Source: an uncultured Clostridia bacterium (GTDB lineage: Bacteria > Bacillota > Clostridia > TANB77 > CAG-465). From it: DNA of 64,000 nt. This document shows positions 47,852 to 56,987 of this stretch, piece by piece; within the stretch, counting starts at the first letter, position 1; every line of letters starts with the position of its first letter. Both the position numbers and the translations under genes were made by a program. The DNA lies in NCBI GenBank assembly GCA_947627255.1, contig CANQVI010000002.1, forward strand, positions 64,047 to 128,046, written 5' to 3'. Under the pieces are notes generated by a model. That model did no database searches. It saw only the letters and a program-made list of their open reading frames with translations, and had not been told where the DNA came from.

Positions 47852-47880
47852 TTGACATAATAAAAGTAGAGTGATATAAT
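47852..47880 (+). promoter_or_regulatory. Consensus extended -10 promoter
   Basis: TTGACA (47852-47857), 17-nt spacer with TG, TATAAT (47875-47880). Confidence 0.7.
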
Positions 47881-47938
47881 ATTAGGGCATTTAACTTATA
47901 TACTTAATTGAATAATTTTAATAAGGAGGGGTTATAAT

Positions 47939-49270
47939 ATGAGTGTTTTACCTATTTTATTATTAATATTCTTTTTTGTAATTATTGGAGTAGTACTTAG
48001 TTCTACTTATCCTACTAGTATATATGAAAAGCAGGAAAAAGAGTATTTTAAAAGGCAAAAAAACTATTACAAAAACATAAATAGGCTAATTAAAAAGTAT
48101 ACTAAATATGTAAATGGCAAAGGGAAGCCATTATCTGCAGATGATTTAAAGACTTTAAAAAGATACGTTATAAACGACATTAAAGATAATCCAGATAGCA
48201 ATATGAAAATATTATATGAATATATTGAAAAGGAAGATAGCTTAGATTATAGCGATGATTTACTTGCATCTTTTTTTAATGACGAAAAAGATAAAAATAG
48301 CAATAATATCAATTCATATAATTTACAATTTGAAGATATCGATTATACTAAATATAATGCTAAATCTAATTCAAAACATAAAATATCAGATAAACTATAT
48401 AAGTATTGTGAATGTTTGACAGATAAAAAATATGAATATAACCCTGCAATAGGCAGAGAAAAAGAATTAGAAGAACTAATGATATCAATACTTACTCCAA
48501 ATAAATCTAGCATAATACTTGGAAATTCTGGAGTTGGAAAAACATCTCTTGTTGAAGGATTAGCATATAATATTCAAAGAAATAATGTTCCTGATGCTTT
48601 AAAAGATTATGTTATATTGCAAACTAGTGCTGCTGTTTTAAATAGTAATTGTTCTTTAAATGGAATGCTTGAAAAAAGAGTTATTGAGCTTTTTAACTTA
48701 CTTAAAGAGGAAAAAAACGTTATATTGTTTATTGATGAAATTCATACTTTTATTGGTACAGGAAAAAGTTTTGATCATAATTCTTTAGATATTGCTAATA
48801 TAATAAAGCCATTTATTGTATCTGATGATGTTATATTAGTAGGTGCTACAACTAATTTAGAGTATAATGAGTTTATTTCTTCAGATAAAGCATTTGAAAG
48901 AAGATTTCAGATAATAAATATTGATGAGCCAAAAGATAAAAATTTACTAAATATTATACAATATACTATTAAAAAATACTCTAAAATATATAACGTAAAA
49001 GTTAAAGAGGATATATTAAATAATGTATCCCATCAACTACTTAATCTTACATCAAAAGATTATAGAAATATAAATAATAAGTCATATAATCCAGACTTAG
49101 TTATATCAATTATTTCTAAGGCTTTTGGCTATGCTAGACTATATAACTTAAAAGAAATTACAATAAATGAATTTGCTAAGGCATATAATACATCAAATAA
49201 GGTTAAAGGAGCTTTTAAATGTATAAAACAAACTAATATTTCTAATAAAATTATACATGTAAAATTTTAA
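47939..49270 (+). CDS. Membrane-anchored AAA+ ATPase with a single ClpA/B/C NBD1-like module
   Basis: N-terminal TM helix. GREKELEELMISIL, Walker A GNSGVGKTSLVEGLA, Walker B ILFIDEIH, GATTNLEY and FERRFQ. No second NBD. Confidence 0.75.
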   Translation: MSVLPILLLIFFFVIIGVVLSSTYPTSIYEKQEKEYFKRQKNYYKNINRLIKKYTKYVNGKGKPLSADDLKTLKRYVINDIKDNPDSNMKILYEYIEKEDSLDYSDDLLASFFNDEKDKNSNNINSYNLQFEDIDYTKYNAKSNSKHKISDKLYKYCECLTDKKYEYNPAIGREKELEELMISILTPNKSSIILGNSGVGKTSLVEGLAYNIQRNNVPDALKDYVILQTSAAVLNSNCSLNGMLEKRVIELFNLLKEEKNVILFIDEIHTFIGTGKSFDHNSLDIANIIKPFIVSDDVILVGATTNLEYNEFISSDKAFERRFQIINIDEPKDKNLLNIIQYTIKKYSKIYNVKVKEDILNNVSHQLLNLTSKDYRNINNKSYNPDLVISIISKAFGYARLYNLKEITINEFAKAYNTSNKVKGAFKCIKQTNISNKIIHVKF

Positions 49271-49360
49271 ATATTTAAAGAGGTAATTATCTCTTTTTAT
49301 TATTGAAATAATATATAAGATAAAGTATAATATTAAAGTAGTAAAGGAGAGATATTTATT

Positions 49361-49762
49361 ATGGAGAAAGAAAAGTCTTGTGGAGCTGTCATATATAACC
49401 AAAATAACGAAGTTTTAATTGTAAAGCATAATGCTGGTCATTGGGACTTTCCAAAAGGTCATATGGAGGCAAATGAAACAGAAGAACAAACTGCTATAAG
49501 AGAAGTAAAAGAAGAAACAAATATTGACGTAGAACTTTATACAGATCATAAGTATATTACTCATTACTATCCTAAAGAAAATGTATATAAAACTGTTGTA
49601 TTCTTTCTTGCAAAAAATAAAAGTAATGTAACAATAAAGCAAGATAAAGAAATTGCAAATATTGGCTGGTTTAATTTTGATGATGCATTAAATATTCTTA
49701 CTTATGATATAGCTAAAGATGTTCTTAAAAAATCATATAAAGATTTAAATAATTTAAAATAG
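49361..49762 (+). CDS. NUDIX hydrolase
   Basis: Nudix box GHMEANETEEQTAIREVKEETNI. 133 aa. Confidence 0.85.
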   Translation: MEKEKSCGAVIYNQNNEVLIVKHNAGHWDFPKGHMEANETEEQTAIREVKEETNIDVELYTDHKYITHYYPKENVYKTVVFFLAKNKSNVTIKQDKEIANIGWFNFDDALNILTYDIAKDVLKKSYKDLNNLK

Positions 49763-49849
49763 ACAAAAATAATTATAAATAATAAATAGTAAATTAATTA
49801 GTTAATTGATTAATTTCAATGTATAATTCTTATATAAAGAGGCAAGATA

Positions 49850-49873
49850 AAAGAGCAGGTTACTGCTCTTTTA
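49850..49873 (+). terminator. Rho-independent terminator
   Basis: aagagcag / ctgctctt stem followed by ttat. Confidence 0.55.
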
Positions 49874-50199
49874 TGCCTGAAACAGATTTGTTTCTAGGAT
49901 CTTGTGATATATATAAATAGGTATAACATTAGACACACTGTAGCTTTTTCCAGATTCTAAATATAATTTAGAAAATATCTTAAACTAATAAGATTAAAAG
50001 TACAGCTTAAGCATCTAACATTATAACTAGTGTTTTTTATCACACAGATAAATTTATTATTAAATTTAATAATTATTATATATGGGGTTATATTAATTAC
50101 TCCTAGTCAAATCAGAATACCTTGTGTATTATAACACCCATTAAAATAAAAGTCAATAAAAGAAGATAATATTTTTTATAACTTATGCGATAGGGGAGC

Positions 50200-50225
50200 A
50201 AATTGACAAAATAAGCCATTTTTAT
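50200..50225 (+). repeat. Copy 1 of a perfect 26-bp direct repeat
   Basis: aaattgacaaaataagccatttttat, identical to 50571-50596. Confidence 0.9.
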
Positions 50226-50570
50226 AATTAAGATTAATAATTTTACCAAAAATTAATTAAATTTGATTTTAAAGTTAAAAAAATTAAAATTCGCATAAAG
50301 ATGAAAAGAGAAATAAAATTTTACTTAACGAAAATAAAAAAATTAAAAAACAATAATAAATGAAAAAAATAATTTATGCTTTAAAGATAGATAAGTTATG
50401 AAAGAGAGAGGGTACTTTAAAGGCATTTACAAAATTACACGATTGCGCAAAATAATAATTTTGCGAAATTAAGGGGAGATTTTATTGACTATTGTTATTA
50501 CATATGATAATATTACAGTATCAAAGGCTTTGAATATTATTTTAGTTATTACTTATAATATTTAGCTTTT

Positions 50571-50596
50571 AAATTGACAAAATAAGCCATTTTTAT
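50571..50596 (+). repeat. Copy 2 of a perfect 26-bp direct repeat
   Basis: aaattgacaaaataagccatttttat, 371 bp downstream of copy 1, inside the ORF-free region. Confidence 0.9.
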
Positions 50597-50796
50597 TTTT
50601 TTGACAACTAGTTACATTCCTATAATTTTTAGTTTTACCTTTTTATTATATAAATTATTATAACTTTTATATAAAATTGTGCAAAATTTTAAATTAACCA
50701 TTTTAACCGTTTTTTACTGACATGTAACTATATACCTTAACTAATAAAAATGTCTTAAAATCGAAATTTGGGCGTCGTTTTTTTGGAGGTTTTTAT

Positions 50797-51759
50797 ATGT
50801 ATGATGATATACCAGATTTTTTAAAAGAATTCTTATTATATATGCAAAATATTAAAAATAGATCTAAAAGTACGATTCGTGAATATCATTATGATTTACG
50901 AGACGCATTTAGATTTTTAAAATTGTTTAAAGATAAAAATATTAAGTTTAAAGATATTAATGATGAAGTTATAGAAAAAACAGATATTTCAGAATTAAAT
51001 ATAAATTTTGTTAAAGAAATTGAACTTACAGATTTATATGAATATCTAAATTACTTGTCGAACATCCGTTCAGATAAACCAACAACACGTGCTAGAAAAA
51101 TTGCCGCATTAAAATCTTTTTTTAATTATATGACATTTAAACAAAAATTTTTAGATAAAAATCCAGCCGTTGAATTAGAAACACCAAAATTATCTAAAAG
51201 ATTACCTAAATATTTATCATTAGACGAAAGTGTCACTCTCCTCCACTCCATCGATGGAAAATTTGAAAAAAGAGATACTTGCATTATAACTTTGTTTTTA
51301 AACTGTGGATTACGTCTCTCTGAGCTTGTAGCAATCAATTTTAAGGACATAAGAGATGACACCCTACATGTAGTAGGTAAAGGTGATAAAGAAAGGTCTG
51401 TATACCTTAATAACGCGTGTCAGAAGGCTTTAGAGGAATATATAAGCATACGTCCAAAAGATGTTAAAGATCGTGATGCACTATTTGTATCTGAGCGTGG
51501 CACTAGAATTGGTAAAAGAACTGTTGAAATGATGGTAAAAAAATATATAACACTTGCAGGTCTTGACCCGAAAAAGTATTCACCACATAAATTAAGACAT
51601 ACTGCTGCTACTTTAATGCACAAATATGGTGGTGTTGATATACGTTCTTTACAGCAAATATTAGGCCATGAAAGTGTTTCTACAACTGAAATTTACACAC
51701 ATGTTGATAGTGAACAAGTTAGAGAAGCATTAGAAAAAAATCCTTTAAACAACATGTAA
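50797..51759 (+). CDS. Tyrosine site-specific recombinase, XerC/XerD-like
   Basis: SAM-like N-terminal domain (TIREYHYDLRDAFRFL, ARKIAALKSFFNYM). The catalytic residues follow the pattern GLRLSEL (R), HKLRHTAAT (HxxR) and LGHESVSTTEIYTHV (H, Y). Confidence 0.85.
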   Translation: MYDDIPDFLKEFLLYMQNIKNRSKSTIREYHYDLRDAFRFLKLFKDKNIKFKDINDEVIEKTDISELNINFVKEIELTDLYEYLNYLSNIRSDKPTTRARKIAALKSFFNYMTFKQKFLDKNPAVELETPKLSKRLPKYLSLDESVTLLHSIDGKFEKRDTCIITLFLNCGLRLSELVAINFKDIRDDTLHVVGKGDKERSVYLNNACQKALEEYISIRPKDVKDRDALFVSERGTRIGKRTVEMMVKKYITLAGLDPKKYSPHKLRHTAATLMHKYGGVDIRSLQQILGHESVSTTEIYTHVDSEQVREALEKNPLNNM

Positions 51760-51855
51760 TTGCCTCTTTAATTGAATAAGTATAAATATAAGAAGTTATT
51801 TAACAATATAATATAAAATAACTTAAAAATAACTAAATAAAAAGACAAGGAGAAA

Positions 51856-52434
51856 TTAATCTCCTTGCTTTTTTAAAGACGTAAAAACTTTTCTTAAGGA
51901 AAATTGCTTTTCATAAGAAGCTACTTGTTTCTTTCTTTTTAGTTCAATCATGTTATCAAGCGAATTAATATAATGTTGAAATTGACAACATATACAAAAA
52001 TATGCCTTTCTTAGCTCTATACTTTTTGTAGTACCTTTTATACTATCTATATTAGGTACTTTTAACTCAGATAAAGAGCCTATGAAATCAACATCATTAT
52101 CACTGATTGCATCCTCACTATTACATACTCTATATGCAATAGTAGATAATACGTTATAATTTGCTAATCCTTCTTTTTGTAGAGCCTCTAATTCAGTTAA
52201 ACTCAACTTTAAAAGATAGTCGTAATTAGGAATAAAAGAAAGACCTCTTATATAATGGACATTAGATAAATCTTCTATCTTATAATATCCTTCCTCGTCG
52301 CAGTCACCTTTTAAAATCGATTCCTCCTGAAAAATACTTTCCTTAACAAAATCTTTAATGCTAACAAGTGTCAGAACATCTTGAGCATGGATATAAGCAA
52401 AAAGCTTTCCATCTTCAATTCTAATTTTCTTCAT
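51856..52434 (-). CDS. Hypothetical protein
   Basis: 192-aa ORF with TGGAGG SD and a hairpin overlapping the stop. No family recognised. Confidence 0.5.
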   Translation of the reverse strand: MKKIRIEDGKLFAYIHAQDVLTLVSIKDFVKESIFQEESILKGDCDEEGYYKIEDLSNVHYIRGLSFIPNYDYLLKLSLTELEALQKEGLANYNVLSTIAYRVCNSEDAISDNDVDFIGSLSELKVPNIDSIKGTTKSIELRKAYFCICCQFQHYINSLDNMIELKRKKQVASYEKQFSLRKVFTSLKKQGD

Positions 52435-52568
52435 GATATTAATCAGCCTCCAATCAATAATATACTTATATTATAGGACATTTATATGTGCTATTTAATA
52501 ATTATAACATATTTTACATAATTTGGCAAACAAAAAGGGGATAAAATTATATTATCCCCTACTTTGCA

Positions 52569-54173
52569 TTATTTAGTAATTGATGTAACTAAATAATAAT
52601 TATCTGTATATTCTGCTTCTATTGTTACTTTATCTCCTATTTTATATAGAACTTGATTTCTATTATTTAGTATAGAAGATACAAATAAGTCATCATATCC
52701 TTCTAACTTATAATAAAAGTAAGTAGTAGAATTTTCAACAGCAGTATATACTTCTGTAATTTTAGCAGTTATCTTTGAGTCTTTATCTTCGCTACTTATT
52801 GTTCCTTTATTTGAAACAGCTTTTTTATACAGAGCTAATGCTTCTTCTTTAGTTGACGCTTGTGTAGCTATAGTATAGTTTTTTACATTAACAAAACTAT
52901 ATGCTTTATTCGTTCCAGTTTTGTCTTTTAAAGCAATTAAATATGTCTCTACACCATCTACATTAACTACAAATGGATAAGAGGCTGTATAGCCATAATT
53001 TTGAACTAAAGCTTCAGCACTAGATTGAGCAGATGATTCTTCAGCACCAACACAACTATAAAATGTAGTTTTACCAGTTCTAGGATTTATAAATAGAAAT
53101 CCTAAATTAGATTCATCGTTATTTACTGATGTAACACCAGTAAAATATTCAATTCCATCTTTAGTCCTTATAGAACTATAACCATAATAACTAGAATCAG
53201 AATATGAATAAGATAAGCTCTTTACATTTTTTTGTGAAAAAATACTATTAAAGAATCCATCTACATAAGTATAATTGTTTTTAGCTAAATCCATCATATG
53301 AATTACAGAATCTGCATGTTCTATCCATTCGGGTAATGTATCAGCCATATATTCTTCAATATTACCACTTATTGCATTAACAACAAGTATCTTATCTAAT
53401 ACTTTTCCTGAGAATAGTCCTATTGTAGTCCTGTATGTTGGTACAATATAATATGGCATTCCTTCTTCATCTATTTCAAATTGCTCTTTACCTAAAATAG
53501 CACTAGGATAATTAGCTCTAATATGTCTTGTTAGGTCATAGCTAAATATAGCAGAAGGTGAATATTTTATTTTATCATCTAATGTTATAAGTTTAGCTTC
53601 TTGTGTCTTACAATCAACAAGAACATATCCAGATATTCCGTTATTTCCCCATGCTTTAATTATTGATGCATATTCAAGTGGAGATACTCTATATGTTTTT
53701 CCTTGATAAATAATCATATTATATTCATCAGATATAACATATTGAGAAACATTGTCTATTTCTCCCATAACTCTTGAACCAATGTTATTTGCTGTACTTA
53801 CATCCATTATATCTGCATCTAAAGCACCAGGTATATCTTCACTAAAGTTTCCTTCTTGTATAGTAACTAAGTTCTTATATGAATTCGCCCTAAAAATAGG
53901 AGTTGAGAAAAAGCCTACTATTAGTGGTAAACATATAAATATAGCAAGAAGTCCAATTAATGTTACCTTTCCTACAGTAATTAGCCTGTCATTATCAAAA
54001 TCATAAGTATAAGCTACAAATAGTCCCGCACCCGCTGTAAGAATAAGTGCTATTCCAATAAATAATATTGAAAATAATGAATGTATTGTAAATGGCAATA
54101 GCACAAAGTATTGCAATATTCCTGCAAGTATTACGACAATCAAAGACGCTCCAAAAATTTTCAAAAATTTCAT
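52569..54173 (-). CDS. Hypothetical polytopic membrane protein with a large extracytoplasmic domain
   Basis: 534 aa with 3-4 N-terminal TM helices. It has a TTGAAC-17-TATAAT promoter and the terminator aggggataa/ttatcccct plus a T-run. No family recognised. Confidence 0.6.
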   Translation of the reverse strand: MKFLKIFGASLIVVILAGILQYFVLLPFTIHSLFSILFIGIALILTAGAGLFVAYTYDFDNDRLITVGKVTLIGLLAIFICLPLIVGFFSTPIFRANSYKNLVTIQEGNFSEDIPGALDADIMDVSTANNIGSRVMGEIDNVSQYVISDEYNMIIYQGKTYRVSPLEYASIIKAWGNNGISGYVLVDCKTQEAKLITLDDKIKYSPSAIFSYDLTRHIRANYPSAILGKEQFEIDEEGMPYYIVPTYRTTIGLFSGKVLDKILVVNAISGNIEEYMADTLPEWIEHADSVIHMMDLAKNNYTYVDGFFNSIFSQKNVKSLSYSYSDSSYYGYSSIRTKDGIEYFTGVTSVNNDESNLGFLFINPRTGKTTFYSCVGAEESSAQSSAEALVQNYGYTASYPFVVNVDGVETYLIALKDKTGTNKAYSFVNVKNYTIATQASTKEEALALYKKAVSNKGTISSEDKDSKITAKITEVYTAVENSTTYFYYKLEGYDDLFVSSILNNRNQVLYKIGDKVTIEAEYTDNYYLVTSITK

Positions 54174-54280
54174 TTTAAACCTTTCCTTTCCTAAAGCAGA
54201 TTTTAATCTGCTTTATATAAAATTTTTTTACATCAATTATTATAACATACTTTACATAAAAGTTCAATAAATATAATAAT

Positions 54281-54523
54281 AAAGAGGCAGTTTTTGCCTC
54301 TTTATTTGTAGCGTATTTATATAATGTACTTATATGCTTTTTACATATTATCTTTATATTTAAATATATTTAGTATTTCAGCCGCATCTGCTGTATCTAT
54401 TACTCCATTACCATCCATATCTCCTACAGCAATATCTTCTTCTGTCGCATTGCGATATTTAAATAAGTTTAAAGCTACTGCAGCATCTGCTGTATCTACA
54501 TTACCATTTCCATCTAAATCTCC
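54281..54523 (-). repeat. Dockerin plus 3' UTR plus terminator cassette, copy A
   Basis: Terminator aaagaggcagtttttgcctcttt, the conserved atttgtagcgtatttata, then the dockerin coding end. Aligns by eye with 57646-57883 and 60357-60585. Confidence 0.8.
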
Positions 54524-55153
54524 CATTATTTTTTCTTGTTCTGAATCAAGATTGAAACTGATTGATACAGTATCATTTACACTTCTATATGATAAGCTAT
54601 TATTTGCATATTCGCTTATAAAGAAATCTCCTTTATATGTTGCATATCTTTCTACTTCGTTTCCATAGTTATCTGTAAAGTTTACTAAAACTCTGTAACT
54701 TTCATTGCTACTTACGTCTAAGTCATATATTGTTAGATAATATACGTCACCATCTTCATATGTATCAACCTCAGTAGTAGCAACTATGTCACCATTGCCG
54801 TTTACTAGATTTACTACTGGTTTTTCTTTTAATACTTCAACTTTTCCATTGTAATTGTGATTTATTCTTATTGAGCCTATTAAAGATAATTCTGCATCAT
54901 CTTCAAACTCATCTCCAGCATAGCCACCAAATTCTTCATCTAAATCTAAACACATTAGACCATTAGTATGTGGCAAAATTGTATTAAATTGTAAATCTAG
55001 AAGCTCAACTGTATATTCGTCATCTTGTGTAATAGAATTCGATTGTTGTTTTCCTCCTGGAGCGAATGTTAAAGCGAAAACACAACTACATACTACATTA
55101 AGTACCATAGCAAATGTTACTATTGCAATCAATCTTTTACTAGTCTTTTTCAT
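54341..55153 (-). CDS. Secreted protein of unknown cargo with C-terminal dockerin
   Basis: Signal peptide, acidic beta-rich cargo, then GDLDGNGNVDTADAAVALNLFKY...GDMDGNGVIDTADAAEILNIFKY. Confidence 0.8.
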   Translation of the reverse strand: MKKTSKRLIAIVTFAMVLNVVCSCVFALTFAPGGKQQSNSITQDDEYTVELLDLQFNTILPHTNGLMCLDLDEEFGGYAGDEFEDDAELSLIGSIRINHNYNGKVEVLKEKPVVNLVNGNGDIVATTEVDTYEDGDVYYLTIYDLDVSSNESYRVLVNFTDNYGNEVERYATYKGDFFISEYANNSLSYRSVNDTVSISFNLDSEQEKIMGDLDGNGNVDTADAAVALNLFKYRNATEEDIAVGDMDGNGVIDTADAAEILNIFKYKDNM

Positions 55154-55178
55154 ATAATCATCACTCCTTTATATGATT

Positions 55179-55207
55179 ATATTATCATTAAAAAAAACAA
55201 TTTTCAA
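55179..55207 (-). promoter_or_regulatory. Promoter of the 54341-55153 gene
   Basis: Minus strand reads TTGAAA, 17-nt spacer (contains T8) ending TGA, then TAATAT. Confidence 0.55.
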
Positions 55208-55326
55208 TAGTATTTTAATAAATTTTTAGCTATTTTTAGCTATTTTTTTTAATAAAGAGGCAAAAAGTACATAAAAAAAGAAATAGCAAATTATATTTTT
55301 ACTATTTCCTCTTTATAACTTATATA

Positions 55327-56880
55327 TTATTTACTTCCATATTTAAATACATTTAGTATTTCAGCTGCGTCAGCTGTATCTATTATTCCATTACCGTCCA
55401 TATCTCCTACAGCAATATCTTGTGCTGTTGCATTGTTATATTTAAATAAGTTTAAAGCTACTGCAGCATCTGCTGTATCTACTTGACCATTTCCGTCTAA
55501 ATCACCTTTTTTAAACTTTAATACTTCTATTTCGCAAGTTGCAGATTTTCCATCAGAAGTAATAGTTATAATAGCTGTACCTTCACCTACAGCTGTAACA
55601 ACACCACTATCATTTACTGTAGCTACTCTATCATTATTACTTTTATATGTTATTTTACCTTTTACTGGATTTAAAACTGTAACTCTGACTGTTCTATTTA
55701 CAGTAGTTGTAATTTTGCTATCTTCAAGTGTTAATACAGCATCATTAAATTTAACTGTAACTTTACAAGTAGCTGTTTTATTTCCAACTCTTGCTGTTAT
55801 GGTAGCCATACCAACGCCTTTACCTGTTACAACACCATTTGAATCAACTGTTGCAACATTTGGGCTATCAGATTCCCATGTAACAGTTTTATCTGAAGTT
55901 GTATTAGCAGGTTTATATGTTACAGATAATTTTACTGTATCTTTTACATATACTTCTGCACTATTTGGTAATGATATACTAACTAATTTTAAAGGATCAT
56001 CTACTTTTATTTTCCAAGATAAAGATGTATTTCCTAAAGTTGCAGTTAATTCTGCTTCTCCATCACCTACTGCTGTAACAACACCTTCAGTATCTACAGT
56101 AAATACTTTAGTATTTGAAGATTTCCATGTAACATTTGAAGGTAATATTGTAGTTGTTTCCATTCCTTGTGCATAAGTTCCTACATTTATTAAACTTACT
56201 TTAGTAGGTTTTTTAGTTTCACCTACTTTTAGTTCGTTAACATCATCAAATCCTGTTACTTTAAGATCTATAACACTTACCCAATGAACAACACCTTGAC
56301 TATCTTTATAATGTGCTCTAAAGTCTGGGTCTATTTCAACATCTTGAGTAACTTCTTTTTCTCCAGAATATCCAGGATCATTTGTTGAATCATTAACAGA
56401 AAATTCTTGTATCCAGAATATTTGACCATTTTGCCAATATACACCAACACCGATTGTTTTATATGAGCCATTTACAATTTGCGCCTTATGTCCAGGAGAA
56501 GCCATCCATTCTGCTACAATGCTTTGAGGAGTCATTCTACCATGTGATCTTGCTAAGTTTTCAGCACCAATACGGATGTTTCCAGATTCAGTTTGTACAC
56601 CATCTACCCATCCCATAGGTCTATCATGTGAACAATAAACAGATAGTTCAGCTGCTCTTATCATTGCAGCATCCATTAATCCTTTGTCTACTTTTAAAGG
56701 TTTTAATCCTAATTTTTGTCTTTCAATATTTGTAAATTTTACTACTTCGTATGCATAGTCGTAATCATATAGTCCTGTTATAGTAACTTTTGTTTTTTCT
56801 ACTGCGTTTGCAATAGGTGTTATAGTTAAAACTAATATCATTATAACACTAAATACTTTCATCATTTTTTTCATGTACAT
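55327..56880 (-). CDS. Secreted CAP/SCP-domain protein with three Big_2 domains and C-terminal dockerin
   Basis: Start set at ATG 56880, 7 nt after AGGAGG. CAP motifs NIERQKLGLKPL and SPGHKAQIVNGSYKTIGVGV. Three Big_2 units, then the dockerin GDLDGNGQVDTADAAVALNLFKY...GDMDGNGIIDTADAAEILNVFKY. Confidence 0.85.
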   Translation of the reverse strand: MYMKKMMKVFSVIMILVLTITPIANAVEKTKVTITGLYDYDYAYEVVKFTNIERQKLGLKPLKVDKGLMDAAMIRAAELSVYCSHDRPMGWVDGVQTESGNIRIGAENLARSHGRMTPQSIVAEWMASPGHKAQIVNGSYKTIGVGVYWQNGQIFWIQEFSVNDSTNDPGYSGEKEVTQDVEIDPDFRAHYKDSQGVVHWVSVIDLKVTGFDDVNELKVGETKKPTKVSLINVGTYAQGMETTTILPSNVTWKSSNTKVFTVDTEGVVTAVGDGEAELTATLGNTSLSWKIKVDDPLKLVSISLPNSAEVYVKDTVKLSVTYKPANTTSDKTVTWESDSPNVATVDSNGVVTGKGVGMATITARVGNKTATCKVTVKFNDAVLTLEDSKITTTVNRTVRVTVLNPVKGKITYKSNNDRVATVNDSGVVTAVGEGTAIITITSDGKSATCEIEVLKFKKGDLDGNGQVDTADAAVALNLFKYNNATAQDIAVGDMDGNGIIDTADAAEILNVFKYGSK

Positions 56881-56907
56881 ACACATTCCTCCTAAAATGA
56901 CAACTAT

Positions 56908-56936
56908 ATTATATACTATTTTTTACGTTTTTGCAA
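56908..56936 (-). promoter_or_regulatory. Promoter of the CAP-dockerin gene
   Basis: Minus strand reads TTGCAA (56931-56936), 17-nt spacer, TATAAT (56908-56913). Confidence 0.6.
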
Positions 56937-56987
56937 CATTTTTATGTAAATTTACTATTTTTTTATGTAATCTTTTTGCAATAGTTA

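Noticed and set aside
50601-50640. ttcctataat within ttgacaactagttacattcctataatttttagttttacc resembles the left arm (TTCCTAGAAT) of the B. subtilis dif site.
   Set aside because: Only one arm matches (9 of 10). The expected right arm (TATGTAAACT) is absent in the correct orientation. The match overlaps a promoter-like TATAAT that is common in AT-rich DNA. A proper dif search on the whole genome is needed.
49763-50796. Whether the 1-kb ORF-free region encodes a large structured ncRNA (OLE, ROOL or GOLLD type), a tRNA or a tmRNA.
   Set aside because: The sequence is extremely AT-rich with long A/T runs and lacks the G+C-rich helices expected of such RNAs. I found no T-loop-like GTTCRANYC motif or acceptor-stem symmetry. 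This is not excluded formally; cmscan would decide.
54324-54668. ORFs from the track on the strand opposite the dockerin modules (54324-54668, 57097-57303, 57684-57944, 60395-60595, 11571-11978). They share peptides such as FSISAASAVSI.
   Set aside because: They are antisense shadows of the conserved dockerin codons (GAT ACA GCA GAT GCT GCA read backwards). They have no SD, and the sense-strand genes are well supported.
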